From Elusimicrobiota bacterium (GTDB taxonomy: Bacteria; Elusimicrobiota; Elusimicrobia; F11): DNA of 64,000 nt. Positions 10,333 to 20,570 of the stretch are shown in pieces (within the stretch, counting starts at the first letter, position 1; each line of letters opens with the position of its first letter). The stretch covers positions 1 through 64,000 of the forward strand of contig JBJXGI010000056.1 in the NCBI GenBank assembly GCA_046153645.1, given 5' to 3'. Below the pieces are notes generated by a model. It was not told the DNA's origin and made no database searches. It worked only from the letters and a program-made list of their open reading frames with translations. The position numbers were made by a program, and so were the translations under genes.

Positions 10333-10626
10333 ATGGTTCTTGCTGTTCGCTTGGATAAATTGCAAAGAGATCAACTTCGGTTTATTTCAAAAAAGCGTCA
10401 TTTGAATAAAACCCAAGCGGTCAAAGAGTTGTTAAATAAAGGGTTTCTGATGTGTCAATTAGATGAATATCGTTCAGGTCATATTTCTTTAGGAAAATTA
10501 GCTGAGATTCTTGGTATTTCTATCTTTGAGACCATGAATCATGTCGCTGCTTATAATGCCCACCCTAAAATACCAGGGGATTATCTGATGGATATCGCAG
10601 AAACATCTAAAAAGTTGGTTTCGTAA
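10333..10626 (+). CDS. Putative antitoxin (RHH plus UPF0175-like HTH)
   Basis: VLAVRLD RHH-like strand; YRSGHISLGKLAEILGIS; AGGAGG upstream of ATG 10333. Confidence 0.75.
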   Translation: MVLAVRLDKLQRDQLRFISKKRHLNKTQAVKELLNKGFLMCQLDEYRSGHISLGKLAEILGISIFETMNHVAAYNAHPKIPGDYLMDIAETSKKLVS

Positions 10627-10644
10627 AAATTATTGTTTGTGTTA

Positions 10645-10711
10645 GTTTTTTGGACATATGTCTAAAAAACTCGCGATTATTTTTGACGCCCATCCAAAAT
10701 ACTCGTAATAT
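10645..10711. promoter_or_regulatory. Palindromic operator(s) and sigma70 promoter of the AAA+ ATPase
   Basis: GTTTTTTGGACATATGTCTAAAAAAC (one mismatch); TTGACG(10683)-N17-TAATAT(10706). Confidence 0.6.
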
Positions 10712-10717
10712 GCCTTT

Positions 10718-11827
10718 ATGGAACGTTACCTTGAAAATCAAATAAGAAAAGATTTAAACAAAAAAATGGTCTTTTTAGGTGGACCCAGACAAGTTGGAAA
10801 AACAACTTTGGCCAAAAAGATTTTGAATTTGGGGAAAGGTTATTTTAATTGGGATTTTTCCGAGCATCGCGAAAAAATTTTAAAAATGAATTTCCCAAAA
10901 GAACCACTGCTTGTATTTGATGAACTTCATAAATATCGGAAATGGCGTAATTATCTAAAAGGCCTCTATGATGTTAAAAAAGAGCAATACAAAATATTGG
11001 TTACTGGTAGCGCACGTTTAGATTATTACCGATTTGGTGGAGATTCCCTTCAAGGGCGTTATCATTATTTGCGTTTGCATCCCCTTTCCGTTGCAGAACT
11101 GAAAATAAACAGCCTTTCTGATTTAAAAACATTGATAACTCTCAGTGGGTTCCCTGAGCCCTTTTTTTCGGGTTCAGCTGTCGAGGCTAAACGTTGGTCG
11201 CGTGAGCATCGAAATTTTTTACTAAATGAAGAGTTGCGAGATCTTGAAAGGGTTCATGATATAGGACAATTAGAGTTGTTGATGTTACGACTTCCAGAAT
11301 TGGTGGGTTCTCCCTTATCAATTAATAATTTGGTTGAGGATTTACAAATAAGTCATAAAACATTAACTAAGTGGCTCGAAATGTTAGAGAGAATTCATGC
11401 TATTTTTCGTGTCCCGCCTTTTGGTGCCCCTCGCATTCGAGCAGTAAAAAAATCAATGAAACATTATCAAGTTGATTGGAGTCTAGTTCGAGAAGAGGGG
11501 TTCCGATTTGAAAATGTTGTGGCGTCACACTTATTAAAATGGGTTCAATATGAAAGTGATACCAAAGGGCGTGAATTGGAGTTGAGGTATTTTCGAGATG
11601 TTGATGGCCGAGAAGTTGATTTTGTTATTACAGAAAATCGTCAACCAATTCAGTTGATTGAAGTCAAATGGGCAGATGACGAGATTGTAACAGGGCTAAA
11701 ATATTTAAAAGCCCGTTTCCCTCGTTCCGAGGCACTGCAAATCTCCGCTATGGGGAAAAAGAACTATGTGTCACGAGAGGGAATTCGTGTCTGTCCTGCC
11801 CTTCCTTTTCTTCGTGGGCTGGTGTAA
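10718..11827 (+). CDS. AAA+ ATPase (AAA_14/DUF4143) with C-terminal PD-(D/E)xK-like region
   Basis: GPRQVGKTT, LVFDELH, VTGSA, SLQGR, YFRD..GREVDF..IEVK. Confidence 0.9.
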   Translation: MERYLENQIRKDLNKKMVFLGGPRQVGKTTLAKKILNLGKGYFNWDFSEHREKILKMNFPKEPLLVFDELHKYRKWRNYLKGLYDVKKEQYKILVTGSARLDYYRFGGDSLQGRYHYLRLHPLSVAELKINSLSDLKTLITLSGFPEPFFSGSAVEAKRWSREHRNFLLNEELRDLERVHDIGQLELLMLRLPELVGSPLSINNLVEDLQISHKTLTKWLEMLERIHAIFRVPPFGAPRIRAVKKSMKHYQVDWSLVREEGFRFENVVASHLLKWVQYESDTKGRELELRYFRDVDGREVDFVITENRQPIQLIEVKWADDEIVTGLKYLKARFPRSEALQISAMGKKNYVSREGIRVCPALPFLRGLV

Positions 11828-11831
11828 ATAA

Positions 11832-12185
11832 ATGTCTACCCCAAATGACTGTATTTTTTGTAAGATTGCCGCCGGTCAAATTCCGGCAAATATTGTTTAT
11901 CAGGATGAACAAGTCATTGCTTTTCGGGATCTCACACCGGTTGCACCTGTACACATTTTAACGATACCAAAGAAACATATTGATCGGTTGTCAGCTGTTG
12001 AAGAGCACGATTTTTCTTTAATTGCGCATTTACATAAAGTTATTCAGAAAATAGCTGAAAAAGAAGGGATTTCAAAGACGGGTTTCCGTCTGACAACCAA
12101 TAACGGCGGGGATGCGGGGCAAAGCGTTCAACATTTACATTTTCATTTACTCGGCGGTCGTAAACTGAGTTGGCCTCCGGGCTAA
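11832..12185 (+). CDS. hinT: HIT family nucleotide-binding protein
   Basis: DCIFCKI, GQSVQHLHFHLLGGR..WPPG. Confidence 0.92.
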   Translation: MSTPNDCIFCKIAAGQIPANIVYQDEQVIAFRDLTPVAPVHILTIPKKHIDRLSAVEEHDFSLIAHLHKVIQKIAEKEGISKTGFRLTTNNGGDAGQSVQHLHFHLLGGRKLSWPPG

Positions 12186-12213
12186 TTTAACTCCAAAAGG
12201 TGGTGTTTGTTCA

Positions 12214-12414
12214 GTGGTTTTAGTGAAACTTCGAGAGGGAGAATCCATAGAAGAAGCTCTTCGGCGATTTAAGCGCGAATGCGAAAGAAACGGCATTATG
12301 CAAGAAATCAAAAGAAGAGAATATTTTGAATCTCCCGCTCTTCGCAAAAAAAGAAAAGCGGCAGAAGCCAGACGGAAATTAAAACGTCGGTTGATGCGCC
12401 AAAAACGTAGATAA
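12214..12414 (+). CDS. rpsU: 30S ribosomal protein S21
   Basis: ESIEEALRRFKR...RREYFESP. Confidence 0.95.
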   Translation: MVLVKLREGESIEEALRRFKRECERNGIMQEIKRREYFESPALRKKRKAAEARRKLKRRLMRQKRR

Positions 12415-12455
12415 CCTGTCTTTAGTCCACCTTATTTAAAAAGATAGAAACATAT

Positions 12456-12496
12456 CAAAACCCTGCACTCTTTCATTTTAAAGGGTGCGGGTTTTG
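12456..12496 (+). terminator. Intrinsic terminator/attenuator between rpsU and dnaG
   Basis: CAAAACCCTGCACTCTTT...AAAGGGTGCGGGTTTTG hairpin followed by T-rich sequence. Confidence 0.65.
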
Positions 12497-12535
12497 GTTT
12501 GTATAGGCAGCATATTTTGGGGAGACGTTAGATTC

Positions 12536-14332
12536 ATGTACAGTCGTGATCAAATAGACAAAGTTCGTTCGACTGTTGATATTGTAGAGGTCATTCGGCC
12601 TTATGTGCCTTCACTAAAGGCATCGGGTCGTTCTGTAAAAGGGCTCTGTCCTTTTCATGGAGAAAAAACACCTTCTTTTCACGTTCATCCTGAGAAAGGA
12701 CTTTTTAAGTGTTTTGGTTGTGGTGAGTCAGGTGATGCCATTGGTTTTCTGGTTAAGTTAGAACAAGTCAGCTTTACCGACGCTCTGGAAAAACTGGCTA
12801 CAGATGTGGGAATTGTTTTACAAAAAGAAAATTCCCAACAAGTCAAAAGCGAAGAAGGAATTCGCGAAAAAATTTTTAGGGTTTTAGAAGCAGCTCGAAT
12901 TTTTTATGAAGACCAACTGTGGGACCCTCAAGTTGGTGGCGAGGCCAAAAAATATTTGGAATCTCGTGGAATCACTGAAAATACAATTCGAGAGTTTAAT
13001 TTGGGATATGCGCCTTCAGGATCTTCAAGTGCGTTTGAATCTCTGATTAAAAAAGGTTTTTCTATAGAGCTTTGTCAGAAAGCAGGCTTGCTTGTTCGTT
13101 CTCAAGCGGGACGGTTTTATGACCCGATGTTTGGACGTGTAATTTTTCCGATCTTTGATAGTTTTGGGCATACCATTGGTTTTGGGGGGAGAATTCTTCC
13201 TGAATCTAAAAAGAAATTGCCGGGTTTTGATGCGCCATCAGAAGAAGGTGAATCGGGGCCAAAATATTTGAACTCACCCGAGACACCGGTGTTTTCTAAA
13301 GGGAAGTCGCTTTACGGACTTAAACAGTCGAAAGGTGCCATTTTAACGGCTCGAAAAGCAATTCTTTTAGAAGGTTACATGGACGTTGTTGGTGTTTATC
13401 AGGGGGGCGTTCAAAATGTCGTTGCCACTTTGGGAACAGCTTTAACAAAAGATCACGCCAAATTGTTAAAGCGATATGTTAATGAAACAATTTCTTTTTT
13501 CGATCCAGATCAAGCGGGGAAGACCGCTGCTATTCGTGGAATTCCACCCCTTTTGGAAGAAGAAATATTTCCAAAAATCGTACGGACCTTTGAAGTTAAT
13601 GACCCCGATGAAATTATTTTGGAAAAGGGTGTGGAATATTTTCAAAACTTAGTTGATCAAAGCCCCGATTTTGTTGATTACTTAATTCAAAATTTAGATG
13701 GTTCTTCAGCGTTATCTTTGCAGCAAAAGGCGGAATTCGGTAAGCAGGTTATTGAACTCGTTTCACATTCAAAAAACGAAATTTTAAAAAATGAATGGAT
13801 CTCTCGTGTTTCTCGGTTTATGGGGGTTAATGAGAGTTCTTTAAAAAGTGAAATGGGCCGACAAAAAGGGTTTTCATCAACGAGTCCAAAAGTTATTGAG
13901 AAAAAATACGTAAACAAGAAATTTTTACCAACGGCTGAAGAAGAATTGTTGCAACTCCTCATGAGTGGTGTTGAAATGTGGATAAATTTAGAAGTGGCAG
14001 CAGAGGATTTTCAAGGAGCAAGAACCAAAGCGTTATTTGAGCTTCTCTTAAAACAAATGAATGAAAACGGAAGGATTAATGTCCCCGGTTTATACGATGG
14101 CATTTCAGAAGAAGAGAAAAATTGGTTATTAGAGCTGACTTTGGAAGAAAAATATTTTGATGAGCCTTTAGAGCGTAGGAATCAACTTGTAAAAAGTATT
14201 CTAATGGCCAGAGATCGCAAAAGGTTAGGTGAGTTGAGTCAGCTTTTAGCGCATGGAAAAATGTTAGACGCTGATAGGCAACTTTATTCGGACCTGTTAA
14301 AAAGAACTAAAGGGTCAACACCAAGGGAGTAA
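12536..14332 (+). CDS. dnaG: DNA primase
   Basis: [15 protein letters not shown] zinc finger, [24 protein letters not shown] 12536 preferred as start. Confidence 0.97.
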   Translation: MYSRDQIDKVRSTVDIVEVIRPYVPSLKASGRSVKGLCPFHGEKTPSFHVHPEKGLFKCFGCGESGDAIGFLVKLEQVSFTDALEKLATDVGIVLQKENSQQVKSEEGIREKIFRVLEAARIFYEDQLWDPQVGGEAKKYLESRGITENTIREFNLGYAPSGSSSAFESLIKKGFSIELCQKAGLLVRSQAGRFYDPMFGRVIFPIFDSFGHTIGFGGRILPESKKKLPGFDAPSEEGESGPKYLNSPETPVFSKGKSLYGLKQSKGAILTARKAILLEGYMDVVGVYQGGVQNVVATLGTALTKDHAKLLKRYVNETISFFDPDQAGKTAAIRGIPPLLEEEIFPKIVRTFEVNDPDEIILEKGVEYFQNLVDQSPDFVDYLIQNLDGSSALSLQQKAEFGKQVIELVSHSKNEILKNEWISRVSRFMGVNESSLKSEMGRQKGFSSTSPKVIEKKYVNKKFLPTAEEELLQLLMSGVEMWINLEVAAEDFQGARTKALFELLLKQMNENGRINVPGLYDGISEEEKNWLLELTLEEKYFDEPLERRNQLVKSILMARDRKRLGELSQLLAHGKMLDADRQLYSDLLKRTKGSTPRE

Positions 14333-14337
14333 TATTC

Positions 14338-16074
14338 ATGATTCAGGATAAAAGCAAATCATTAATTGATAACGACGTGTTAATGAAAGGCCTTGTTAAT
14401 CAAGGGAAGGAGGCCGGTTACATTACCTATGAAGAAATTATGCGTAGGCTTCCCGAAAATACCACTCCGGAAGATTTAGATGTGTTCTTTGGTCAGTTGG
14501 AAGAAATGGGAATTCAGGTTTTAGAACAAGAAGAATCTGTTCGTGGGAAAGAAACCGCTGAAGGAGCGCCCGCTCCCGAAGTTGAACTTGATACACAAAA
14601 CTCTATTCGAATGTACCTCTCTGAAATGGGACGAGTGCCCCTTCTCAATAGAGAAGAAGAGGTCACTCTTTCTAGAAATATCAAAGAAAATGAAAAAGAT
14701 TTAAGATTATTGGTTCTGCAATCTCCCATTACTCTTCGAGAAATTAGCAATTGGCAAATTCTTTTAGAACAAGACGAAATGACTCCCAAAGAGCTCATGC
14801 CCAGAGGAAGAAAAACATCAGCTGAGCTTTCTAAAATGAAAACAAAGGTCAAACAAGTTTCTCAAGCTATTTTAAAAAGCGAAAAAGTTCTTGCTTCTTT
14901 AGAATCGAAGTTGAGTACAGCGGGAACTTCTATTAAAGCCAAGGCGAAAATTCAATTGCAGATTGATAACGAAAAGAAAAATATCGTTAACAGTATTATT
15001 AGTTTAAATCTCAACCAAGATAAAATTAAACGACTAACAAATAAAATTAAGACGATTGCATTGAAAATTCGTGAATGTGAAGATGAATTGTCTCGATATG
15101 AAAAAATGCTCAACATGCCGCACCAAGAGTTGCTTCAAATTTACGATAAGGTTCTGCTCAAGAAAATATCTCCAGCGGCATTCAAAAAGTTAACGGGTTA
15201 TACGAATACAGCCATTGAATCAACAATGCAAAATCTTAAGAATGTCGATAGTCGCAGGCAACGAATTCTTCAGATTCTCCCTGTTACCCGTGAAAATATT
15301 ATGAATTTGGATAGGGGTATTCGCGAATTAGAAGAAGCCATTTTAAAAGATAAGTTGAAACTGATTCGGGCCAACTTGCGACTGGTTGTTTCAATTGCAA
15401 AAAAACATGTGGGTGCTTCGAATTTAGAGTTGCCAGATCTTATTCAGGAAGGTGGTTTGGGGCTTATTAAAGCTGTGGAAAAATTTGAATGGCGACGTGG
15501 TTTTAAATTTTCAACTTACGCGACTTGGTGGATTCGTCAATCGATCAACCGCGCTATCGCAGACCAGGCCAGAACAATTCGTATTCCTGTTCACATGAAA
15601 GAAATTATTTCTAAACTGACCAAAGTGGCTCGTAGAAATCGCCAAGAAATGGGTCGAGACCCGACAGTTGAAGAATATTCTAAAGCACTTCGACTTTCTG
15701 TTGAAAAGGTTCGTGGGATCTTAAGAATTATGCAAGACCCTGTTTCGCTTTCAACTCCCGTTGGTGAAGACGAAGACTCTTATTTAGAAGAGTTTATTGA
15801 AGATTCTGCCAGTCAAGAACCTTTTGAGGGCGCTCAAGATTTTTTGAGACATCAAGAAGTTGAAAAAGCTCTTGGTTCATTGAGTGAAAGAGAAGCCCAG
15901 ATTATTCGTTTACGTTTTGGCATTGGAACGGGATACCCAAGAACATTAGAGGAATTAGGCCGCATATTTAATGTGACCCGCGAGCGCGTTCGTCAAATTG
16001 AAGCTAAAGCCATTCGAAAGTTGAGACATCCTTCTCGAAGCAGAGTTCTAAAAGAATATCTCGATAGTAATTAA
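14338..16074 (+). CDS. rpoD: Primary sigma factor sigma70
   Basis: Region 1.1, [32 protein letters not shown]. Confidence 0.97.
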   Translation: MIQDKSKSLIDNDVLMKGLVNQGKEAGYITYEEIMRRLPENTTPEDLDVFFGQLEEMGIQVLEQEESVRGKETAEGAPAPEVELDTQNSIRMYLSEMGRVPLLNREEEVTLSRNIKENEKDLRLLVLQSPITLREISNWQILLEQDEMTPKELMPRGRKTSAELSKMKTKVKQVSQAILKSEKVLASLESKLSTAGTSIKAKAKIQLQIDNEKKNIVNSIISLNLNQDKIKRLTNKIKTIALKIRECEDELSRYEKMLNMPHQELLQIYDKVLLKKISPAAFKKLTGYTNTAIESTMQNLKNVDSRRQRILQILPVTRENIMNLDRGIRELEEAILKDKLKLIRANLRLVVSIAKKHVGASNLELPDLIQEGGLGLIKAVEKFEWRRGFKFSTYATWWIRQSINRAIADQARTIRIPVHMKEIISKLTKVARRNRQEMGRDPTVEEYSKALRLSVEKVRGILRIMQDPVSLSTPVGEDEDSYLEEFIEDSASQEPFEGAQDFLRHQEVEKALGSLSEREAQIIRLRFGIGTGYPRTLEELGRIFNVTRERVRQIEAKAIRKLRHPSRSRVLKEYLDSN

Positions 16075-16134
16075 TAAGGCTTCAAGGGAACAATCTTTTT
16101 GGTTTAAGTGATTTGCTAAACTTAAATTGTATTT

Positions 16135-16208
16135 GGGCCCTTAGCTCAGGTGGTTAGAGCGGTCCGCTCATAACGGATTGGTCGTAGGTTCAAGTCCTAC
16201 AGGGCCCA
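16135..16208 (+). tRNA. tRNA with CAT anticodon, probably tRNA-Ile2 (lysidine); CCA not encoded
   Basis: GGGCCCT acceptor; GTCCG-CTCATAA-CGGAT anticodon arm; GGTTCAAGTCC T-arm; ileX-like sequence and position after rpoD. Confidence 0.9.
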
Positions 16209-16220
16209 TGACAATTTTTA

Positions 16221-16292
16221 GGGCAGTTAGCTCAGCGGAAGAGCGTCCGCCTCACACGCGGAAGGCCATAGGTTCAATCCCTATACTGCCCA
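16221..16292 (+). tRNA. tRNA-Val(CAC); CCA not encoded
   Basis: GGGCAGT/ACTGCCC acceptor; TCCGC-CTCACAC-GCGGA anticodon arm; GGTTCAATCC T-loop. Confidence 0.92.
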
Positions 16293-16313
16293 TTTTGGTT
16301 TAAGGGAGTTTAA

Positions 16314-17048
16314 ATGTTAGGTGAACTAAATCTTTTGATTAAACTTCAAGAGCATGACCGCGAATGTGATCAGCTGATTCAAACAGCGAAAAATTTTGAT
16401 CCAGAAATTCAATCTAAAAAAGATCTGATTAACTCTTTAAAAGATCGGCTAAAAAGTTCTAAAGAAAAAGCCACAACCCTCCAAGTAAAAAAGAAACAAC
16501 TAGAAATAGATGTTGATTCCAAAGAAAATCAAATCCAAAAACATCAATCTGAATTAAATTCCCTCAAAAGCAACGATGCCTATAAAGCCATGCTTTTGGA
16601 AATTAAAAACTTAAAAGATGAAATTGTTACCATTGAAGATGAAGTCTTGGTTGTCATGGAATCTATTGATCAAGCCGATAAGGAATTCAAAGAGACTGAA
16701 AAACAATTAAAAAATGATGAATCTCAAATTCGAACGCAAATACAAGATTTGGAAAACAAAAAGAACCAAGTGTTAAAAGAAGTTGAAGTCAAAAGAACCG
16801 AACGACAAGGTTATTCTTCAACCATTCCCGCAAATGCTTTAAATCAATATGAAGCCATTCGAGAACAAAGAGAAGGTATTGCTTTGGCTCCTCTCATGAA
16901 TGGTTCTTGTGGAGAATGCCATATGACTGTTCCACAAAATGCCATGAACGACGTAAAAAAAGCTAAAAATGTCGTTTTTTGTGAGTCTTGTACAAGAGTG
17001 TTGTATATTCCTCAAGTTGTTGTTCCTGCCGAAACTCCTGCCCCGTAA
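16314..17048 (+). CDS. Coiled-coil protein with C4 zinc ribbon (DUF164/CT398-like)
   Basis: LIKLQEHD N-terminus, long coiled coil, CGEC...CESCTRVLY. Confidence 0.88.
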   Translation: MLGELNLLIKLQEHDRECDQLIQTAKNFDPEIQSKKDLINSLKDRLKSSKEKATTLQVKKKQLEIDVDSKENQIQKHQSELNSLKSNDAYKAMLLEIKNLKDEIVTIEDEVLVVMESIDQADKEFKETEKQLKNDESQIRTQIQDLENKKNQVLKEVEVKRTERQGYSSTIPANALNQYEAIREQREGIALAPLMNGSCGECHMTVPQNAMNDVKKAKNVVFCESCTRVLYIPQVVVPAETPAP

Positions 17049-17157
17049 ATTAAAGTTCCAGTTTAAAAATAATCTATCCGCTGAATATTCTTAGCGCTAT
17101 CACTTAATCCGTTGATAGCTCTGAGGACTAAAGTAATGCTCCGTTCAATATTTTTTA

Positions 17158-17249
17158 TTGACAGGCATTCTTATCACTATTAAACTCTGTGGGTCTAAGT
17201 GGTTAAAAGTGGTGAAAAGTGTGGATAAGTCTGTGGATAGTGTGGATAA
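17158..17249 (+). promoter_or_regulatory. mraZ promoter with MraZ boxes and three DnaA boxes
   Basis: TTGACA(17158)-N17-TAAACT(17181); GTGG at 17189/17199/17209 (10-bp period); TGTGGATAA 17220 and 17241, TGTGGATAG 17232. Confidence 0.8.
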
Positions 17250-17263
17250 CTAGGACCTAACTA

Positions 17264-17701
17264 ATGTTTCTTGGAACATTTCAATATACGATCGACCCAA
17301 AGGGGAGACTGTTTATTCCTGCCAAATTGCGGGAAGGGGCTTCTTCTGCCTCTGCTACTTACGTTGTTACGCGTGGAATGGAAAATTGTCTTTATGTTTA
17401 TGATTCAAAAACATTTCACGAAGTTCTCTTAAAACGTTTGGAAAATTTACCTGTAAAAAATCAACAAGACGCGAGAGCTTTTAAAAGAATGTTATTGGCG
17501 GGCGCTCAAGAAGTTTCTCTCGATGAAATGGGCAGAATCTTAATTCCCAAAGCTTTAATTGATCATGCTTCTCTTAAAAAAGATGTCTCAATTTTAGGGG
17601 TTGGTGAACGAATTGAGTTGTGGTCTGAAAATCTTTGGAATAAATACAGTCTTAAAGCGTCATCCACTTTTGGAAAACTTAGCAAACACTTAGAGATTTA
17701 G
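17264..17701 (+). CDS. mraZ: Transcriptional regulator MraZ
   Basis: IDPKGRLFIP and LDEMGRILIP repeats, RIELW. Confidence 0.96.
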   Translation: MFLGTFQYTIDPKGRLFIPAKLREGASSASATYVVTRGMENCLYVYDSKTFHEVLLKRLENLPVKNQQDARAFKRMLLAGAQEVSLDEMGRILIPKALIDHASLKKDVSILGVGERIELWSENLWNKYSLKASSTFGKLSKHLEI

Positions 17702-17705
17702 TGGG

Positions 17706-18599
17706 ATGTTTCCACACGTCCCCGTATTGCTGAATGAAGTGATGGAAGCTCTCTCAATGAAGCCGGGCGGGCGATATGTGGATGGAACGTTAGGATTGGG
17801 GGGATACGCTGAACAAATCGTATCTCGGCTTGATGAAACCGGCGAATTTTTAGGAATCGATACGGATTCGACGTATTTGGAATTTGTGAAGGATCGCTTG
17901 CAACCTCTTGGGAAGAAGACGAGAATTCGGCACGTCAATTTTCGGAGGTTGCAGGAGATTCTTCAGGAACTGGGTTGGGATTCTGTAGATGGAATGGTGT
18001 TTGATTTGGGGTTGTCGAGTACTCAATTAGCTGAGGCATCAAGAGGATTATCCTTTATGAATGATGGGCCACTTGATATGCGTTTAAATCCAAGCCAATC
18101 AACAACAGCGCTGTCTTATTTACAGAGTATCGATCGTCATCAATTGGTCACATTGTTAATTGAGTTTGGAGAGGGGCGATTTGCAAAACGTTTATCTGAG
18201 ATGATTTTAAGAGGAGTTTCAGATAACACCATTCATACAACATTTGATTTAGCGCGAATTTGTGAACGAGTCAAAGGCCGCCATGGCAAAAAACATCCCG
18301 CCACCGAGGTTTTTTTGGCACTGAGATCTGAAATTAACGCTGAGCAAAGAGTATTAAAAGAGTTGTTAGATAAAGCCCCTTTATGGTTAAAAGAATCGGG
18401 GAGATTGGTCGTGGTAAGTTTCCATTCATTAGAAGACCGTATTGTCAAAAATAGTTTTCGATATTGGACTAAAGAATATGTTGGCCCTGAAAAATATTCT
18501 CTCGTTTATAAAAAACCGTTGGTTCCGAGCTTAGACGAGGTGAAACAAAATCCCCGCTCGAGAAGCGCAAAACTGAGAACATTAATGAGGGTTTCATGA
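17706..18599 (+). CDS. rsmH: 16S rRNA m4C1402 methyltransferase
   Basis: HVPVLL, DLGLSS, PLDMR, SFHSLEDR, NPRSRSAKLR. Confidence 0.96.
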   Translation: MFPHVPVLLNEVMEALSMKPGGRYVDGTLGLGGYAEQIVSRLDETGEFLGIDTDSTYLEFVKDRLQPLGKKTRIRHVNFRRLQEILQELGWDSVDGMVFDLGLSSTQLAEASRGLSFMNDGPLDMRLNPSQSTTALSYLQSIDRHQLVTLLIEFGEGRFAKRLSEMILRGVSDNTIHTTFDLARICERVKGRHGKKHPATEVFLALRSEINAEQRVLKELLDKAPLWLKESGRLVVVSFHSLEDRIVKNSFRYWTKEYVGPEKYSLVYKKPLVPSLDEVKQNPRSRSAKLRTLMRVS

Positions 18600-18892
18600 A
18601 ATCGAGACATTTGTCTGTTTGGCAAACAACGCAAGGTTTGTCGAGACTTGTTGTGATCTGTTTGGTGACTGCCATTTTATTATTCTTTCATGTTTTATGG
18701 CCGATTCAAGTAGAAAGAAGTCACCGAGAATTGAAGGCAATTGAAAAGAAAATTTCGGAAAAGAAGTCTGAATTAAATGAATTGAAGGTTCGATACGGTC
18801 AAGTGACTTCTCTTGGCGTTTTAGATGCGTGGGCCAAACAGCATGGCCCTTGGAAATCTCCTCAGGCAGGCGACGTTGTTACGATTCGATAG
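18596..18892 (+). CDS. ftsL: FtsL-like cell division protein
   Basis: Single TM plus coiled coil, between rsmH and ftsI. Confidence 0.7.
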   Translation: MKSRHLSVWQTTQGLSRLVVICLVTAILLFFHVLWPIQVERSHRELKAIEKKISEKKSELNELKVRYGQVTSLGVLDAWAKQHGPWKSPQAGDVVTIR

Positions 18893-20570
18893 TAAAAAAT
18901 CCTCTCCTATTTTATTCAAGAATTCCCGTTTATTTGGGGTAAAAATATTTGTTGTTTTTATTTTTCTTGTTTTGGCTTCAAGATTGGTTTATGTCCAGGC
19001 CGTTATTGGTTCGCAATTGCAAAAAAGAGCAGATAAACAAATCAAGAGTAAGATAGAAAATAAAATCACTCGTCATAAAATAGTTGATCGAAATGGGAAA
19101 ACTCTCGCTGAAACGGTGCCAGTTTCTTCATGTTTTGTCGATCCCACTCTGTTAGATAATAAAAAACAAACTGCCAAAATTTTAAGCAGAATTTTAAATT
19201 TAAATGAAACAATGCTCGCGAAGAAAATTATTTCCGCAAAAGGTTCTTTTTTGTGGGTTAAGAGAAATTTGTCTGTTGATGAGCTCAAACAGTTAAGAAA
19301 TTTGGATATTTCTGGAATTGCTTTAAAGTCTGAGTTAAGAAGAAATTATCCTTTAGGCCCGTTGGCACCGCATTTATTGGGGTTGGTTGGTACTGAAAAT
19401 CATGGTCTTTCTGGGGTTGAAAAAGATTTTGAAAGTACGCTTTCTAGAAATGAAGAGCATAAAAAACTTTTCTCAGGGGAGTTAATTCCTTCTGGTAATG
19501 TTCAGTTAACAATTGACGCCGATATTCAAGGAATTGTTGAGAGAGAATTGGATTGGGGCGCAAAAAAAACCGGGTCAAAGCGCGGAATGGTCGTGGTTCA
19601 ATCACCCTCAACAGGGGAAATTCTCGCTATGGCGGCTTGGCCTCCATTGGAGTTAACACCGGATAATCCTCCCCATTCTAAAGAATTACGCATTCCACCC
19701 TTGGTTGATGTTTTTGAGCCAGGCTCAACATTTAAAATTGTCACCATTGCTGGCGCGATTGAAGAAAATATTTTCACCTCTAAATCTCATTTTAATGGAG
19801 AAAATGGTAAGTGGAAAATTTCGGCTATAACTATTCATGATCATGAACCTATCACTCGGATGAGTTTTGAGGAAATTTTGATCCATTCTTCAAATATTGG
19901 AACTGGAAAAGTGGCTGATGTTTTGGGACGAGATCGGCTTTATCAATATGCTCGTTTATTTGGTTTTGGCGTGTTTCCTGGTTCTGGATTATCCGGTGAG
20001 GCTAAGGGGGTTCTACGAACGCCTTCTCAGTGGTCTGGGGTTTCAAAATTTGTGGTTTCTTTTGGTCAGGAAATGGGTGTCACTATGTTTCAGATGACAG
20101 GTGCTTTTTCTAGCATCGCCAATAAGGGCGTTTTGATGGAGCCCAAAATAATAAAAGCGATTTTGTCTGATACCGGTGAAAAACTAAAAGTTTTTCCTCC
20201 CAATCAAGTGAGAAGAGTTGTTTCAGAAGAGACCGCTTTAAAAGTAACAAAGAACTTGGTTCGAGTTGTCAAAGAGGGAACGGGCGTTAATGCTCAAATT
20301 CAATGGGCTTCTGACTGTGATGTCGCAGGTAAAACCGGAACAGCACAAAAATTTGATCAAAAAAATAAACGCTACCATAAAGATCATACGGTTATTTCAT
20401 TTTGTGGGTTTTTCCCAGCTCATAACCCACGTTACACTATTTTTGTTGTTTTAGATGAACCTGAAGGGCGTCGATTTGGTGGGCTTGATGCGGCACCTGT
20501 ATTTCGTCGAATCGCGGAACAAATTCATGGTGATCAGAAAATTTTAGTTCCTGAAAGTTTAAAATCATGA
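18825..20570 (+). CDS. ftsI: Penicillin-binding protein FtsI (start codon uncertain)
   Basis: IVDRNG, EPGSTFK (SxxK), SSN, KTGTAQ. Confidence 0.93.
   Translation: MRGPNSMALGNLLRQATLLRFDSKKSSPILFKNSRLFGVKIFVVFIFLVLASRLVYVQAVIGSQLQKRADKQIKSKIENKITRHKIVDRNGKTLAETVPVSSCFVDPTLLDNKKQTAKILSRILNLNETMLAKKIISAKGSFLWVKRNLSVDELKQLRNLDISGIALKSELRRNYPLGPLAPHLLGLVGTENHGLSGVEKDFESTLSRNEEHKKLFSGELIPSGNVQLTIDADIQGIVERELDWGAKKTGSKRGMVVVQSPSTGEILAMAAWPPLELTPDNPPHSKELRIPPLVDVFEPGSTFKIVTIAGAIEENIFTSKSHFNGENGKWKISAITIHDHEPITRMSFEEILIHSSNIGTGKVADVLGRDRLYQYARLFGFGVFPGSGLSGEAKGVLRTPSQWSGVSKFVVSFGQEMGVTMFQMTGAFSSIANKGVLMEPKIIKAILSDTGEKLKVFPPNQVRRVVSEETALKVTKNLVRVVKEGTGVNAQIQWASDCDVAGKTGTAQKFDQKNKRYHKDHTVISFCGFFPAHNPRYTIFVVLDEPEGRRFGGLDAAPVFRRIAEQIHGDQKILVPESLKS

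Noticed and set aside
16135..16292. tRNAs as integration sites
   Set aside because: No integrase and no duplicated tRNA 3' end seen in the window
17049..17157. Possible rnpB or other ncRNA after the zinc-ribbon gene
   Set aside because: Too short and lacks RNase P conserved motifs; only an imperfect hairpin at about 17090-17126
17220..17249. DnaA box cluster as oriC
   Set aside because: Only three boxes, inside the mraZ leader; no dnaA/dnaN neighbour or evident unwinding element
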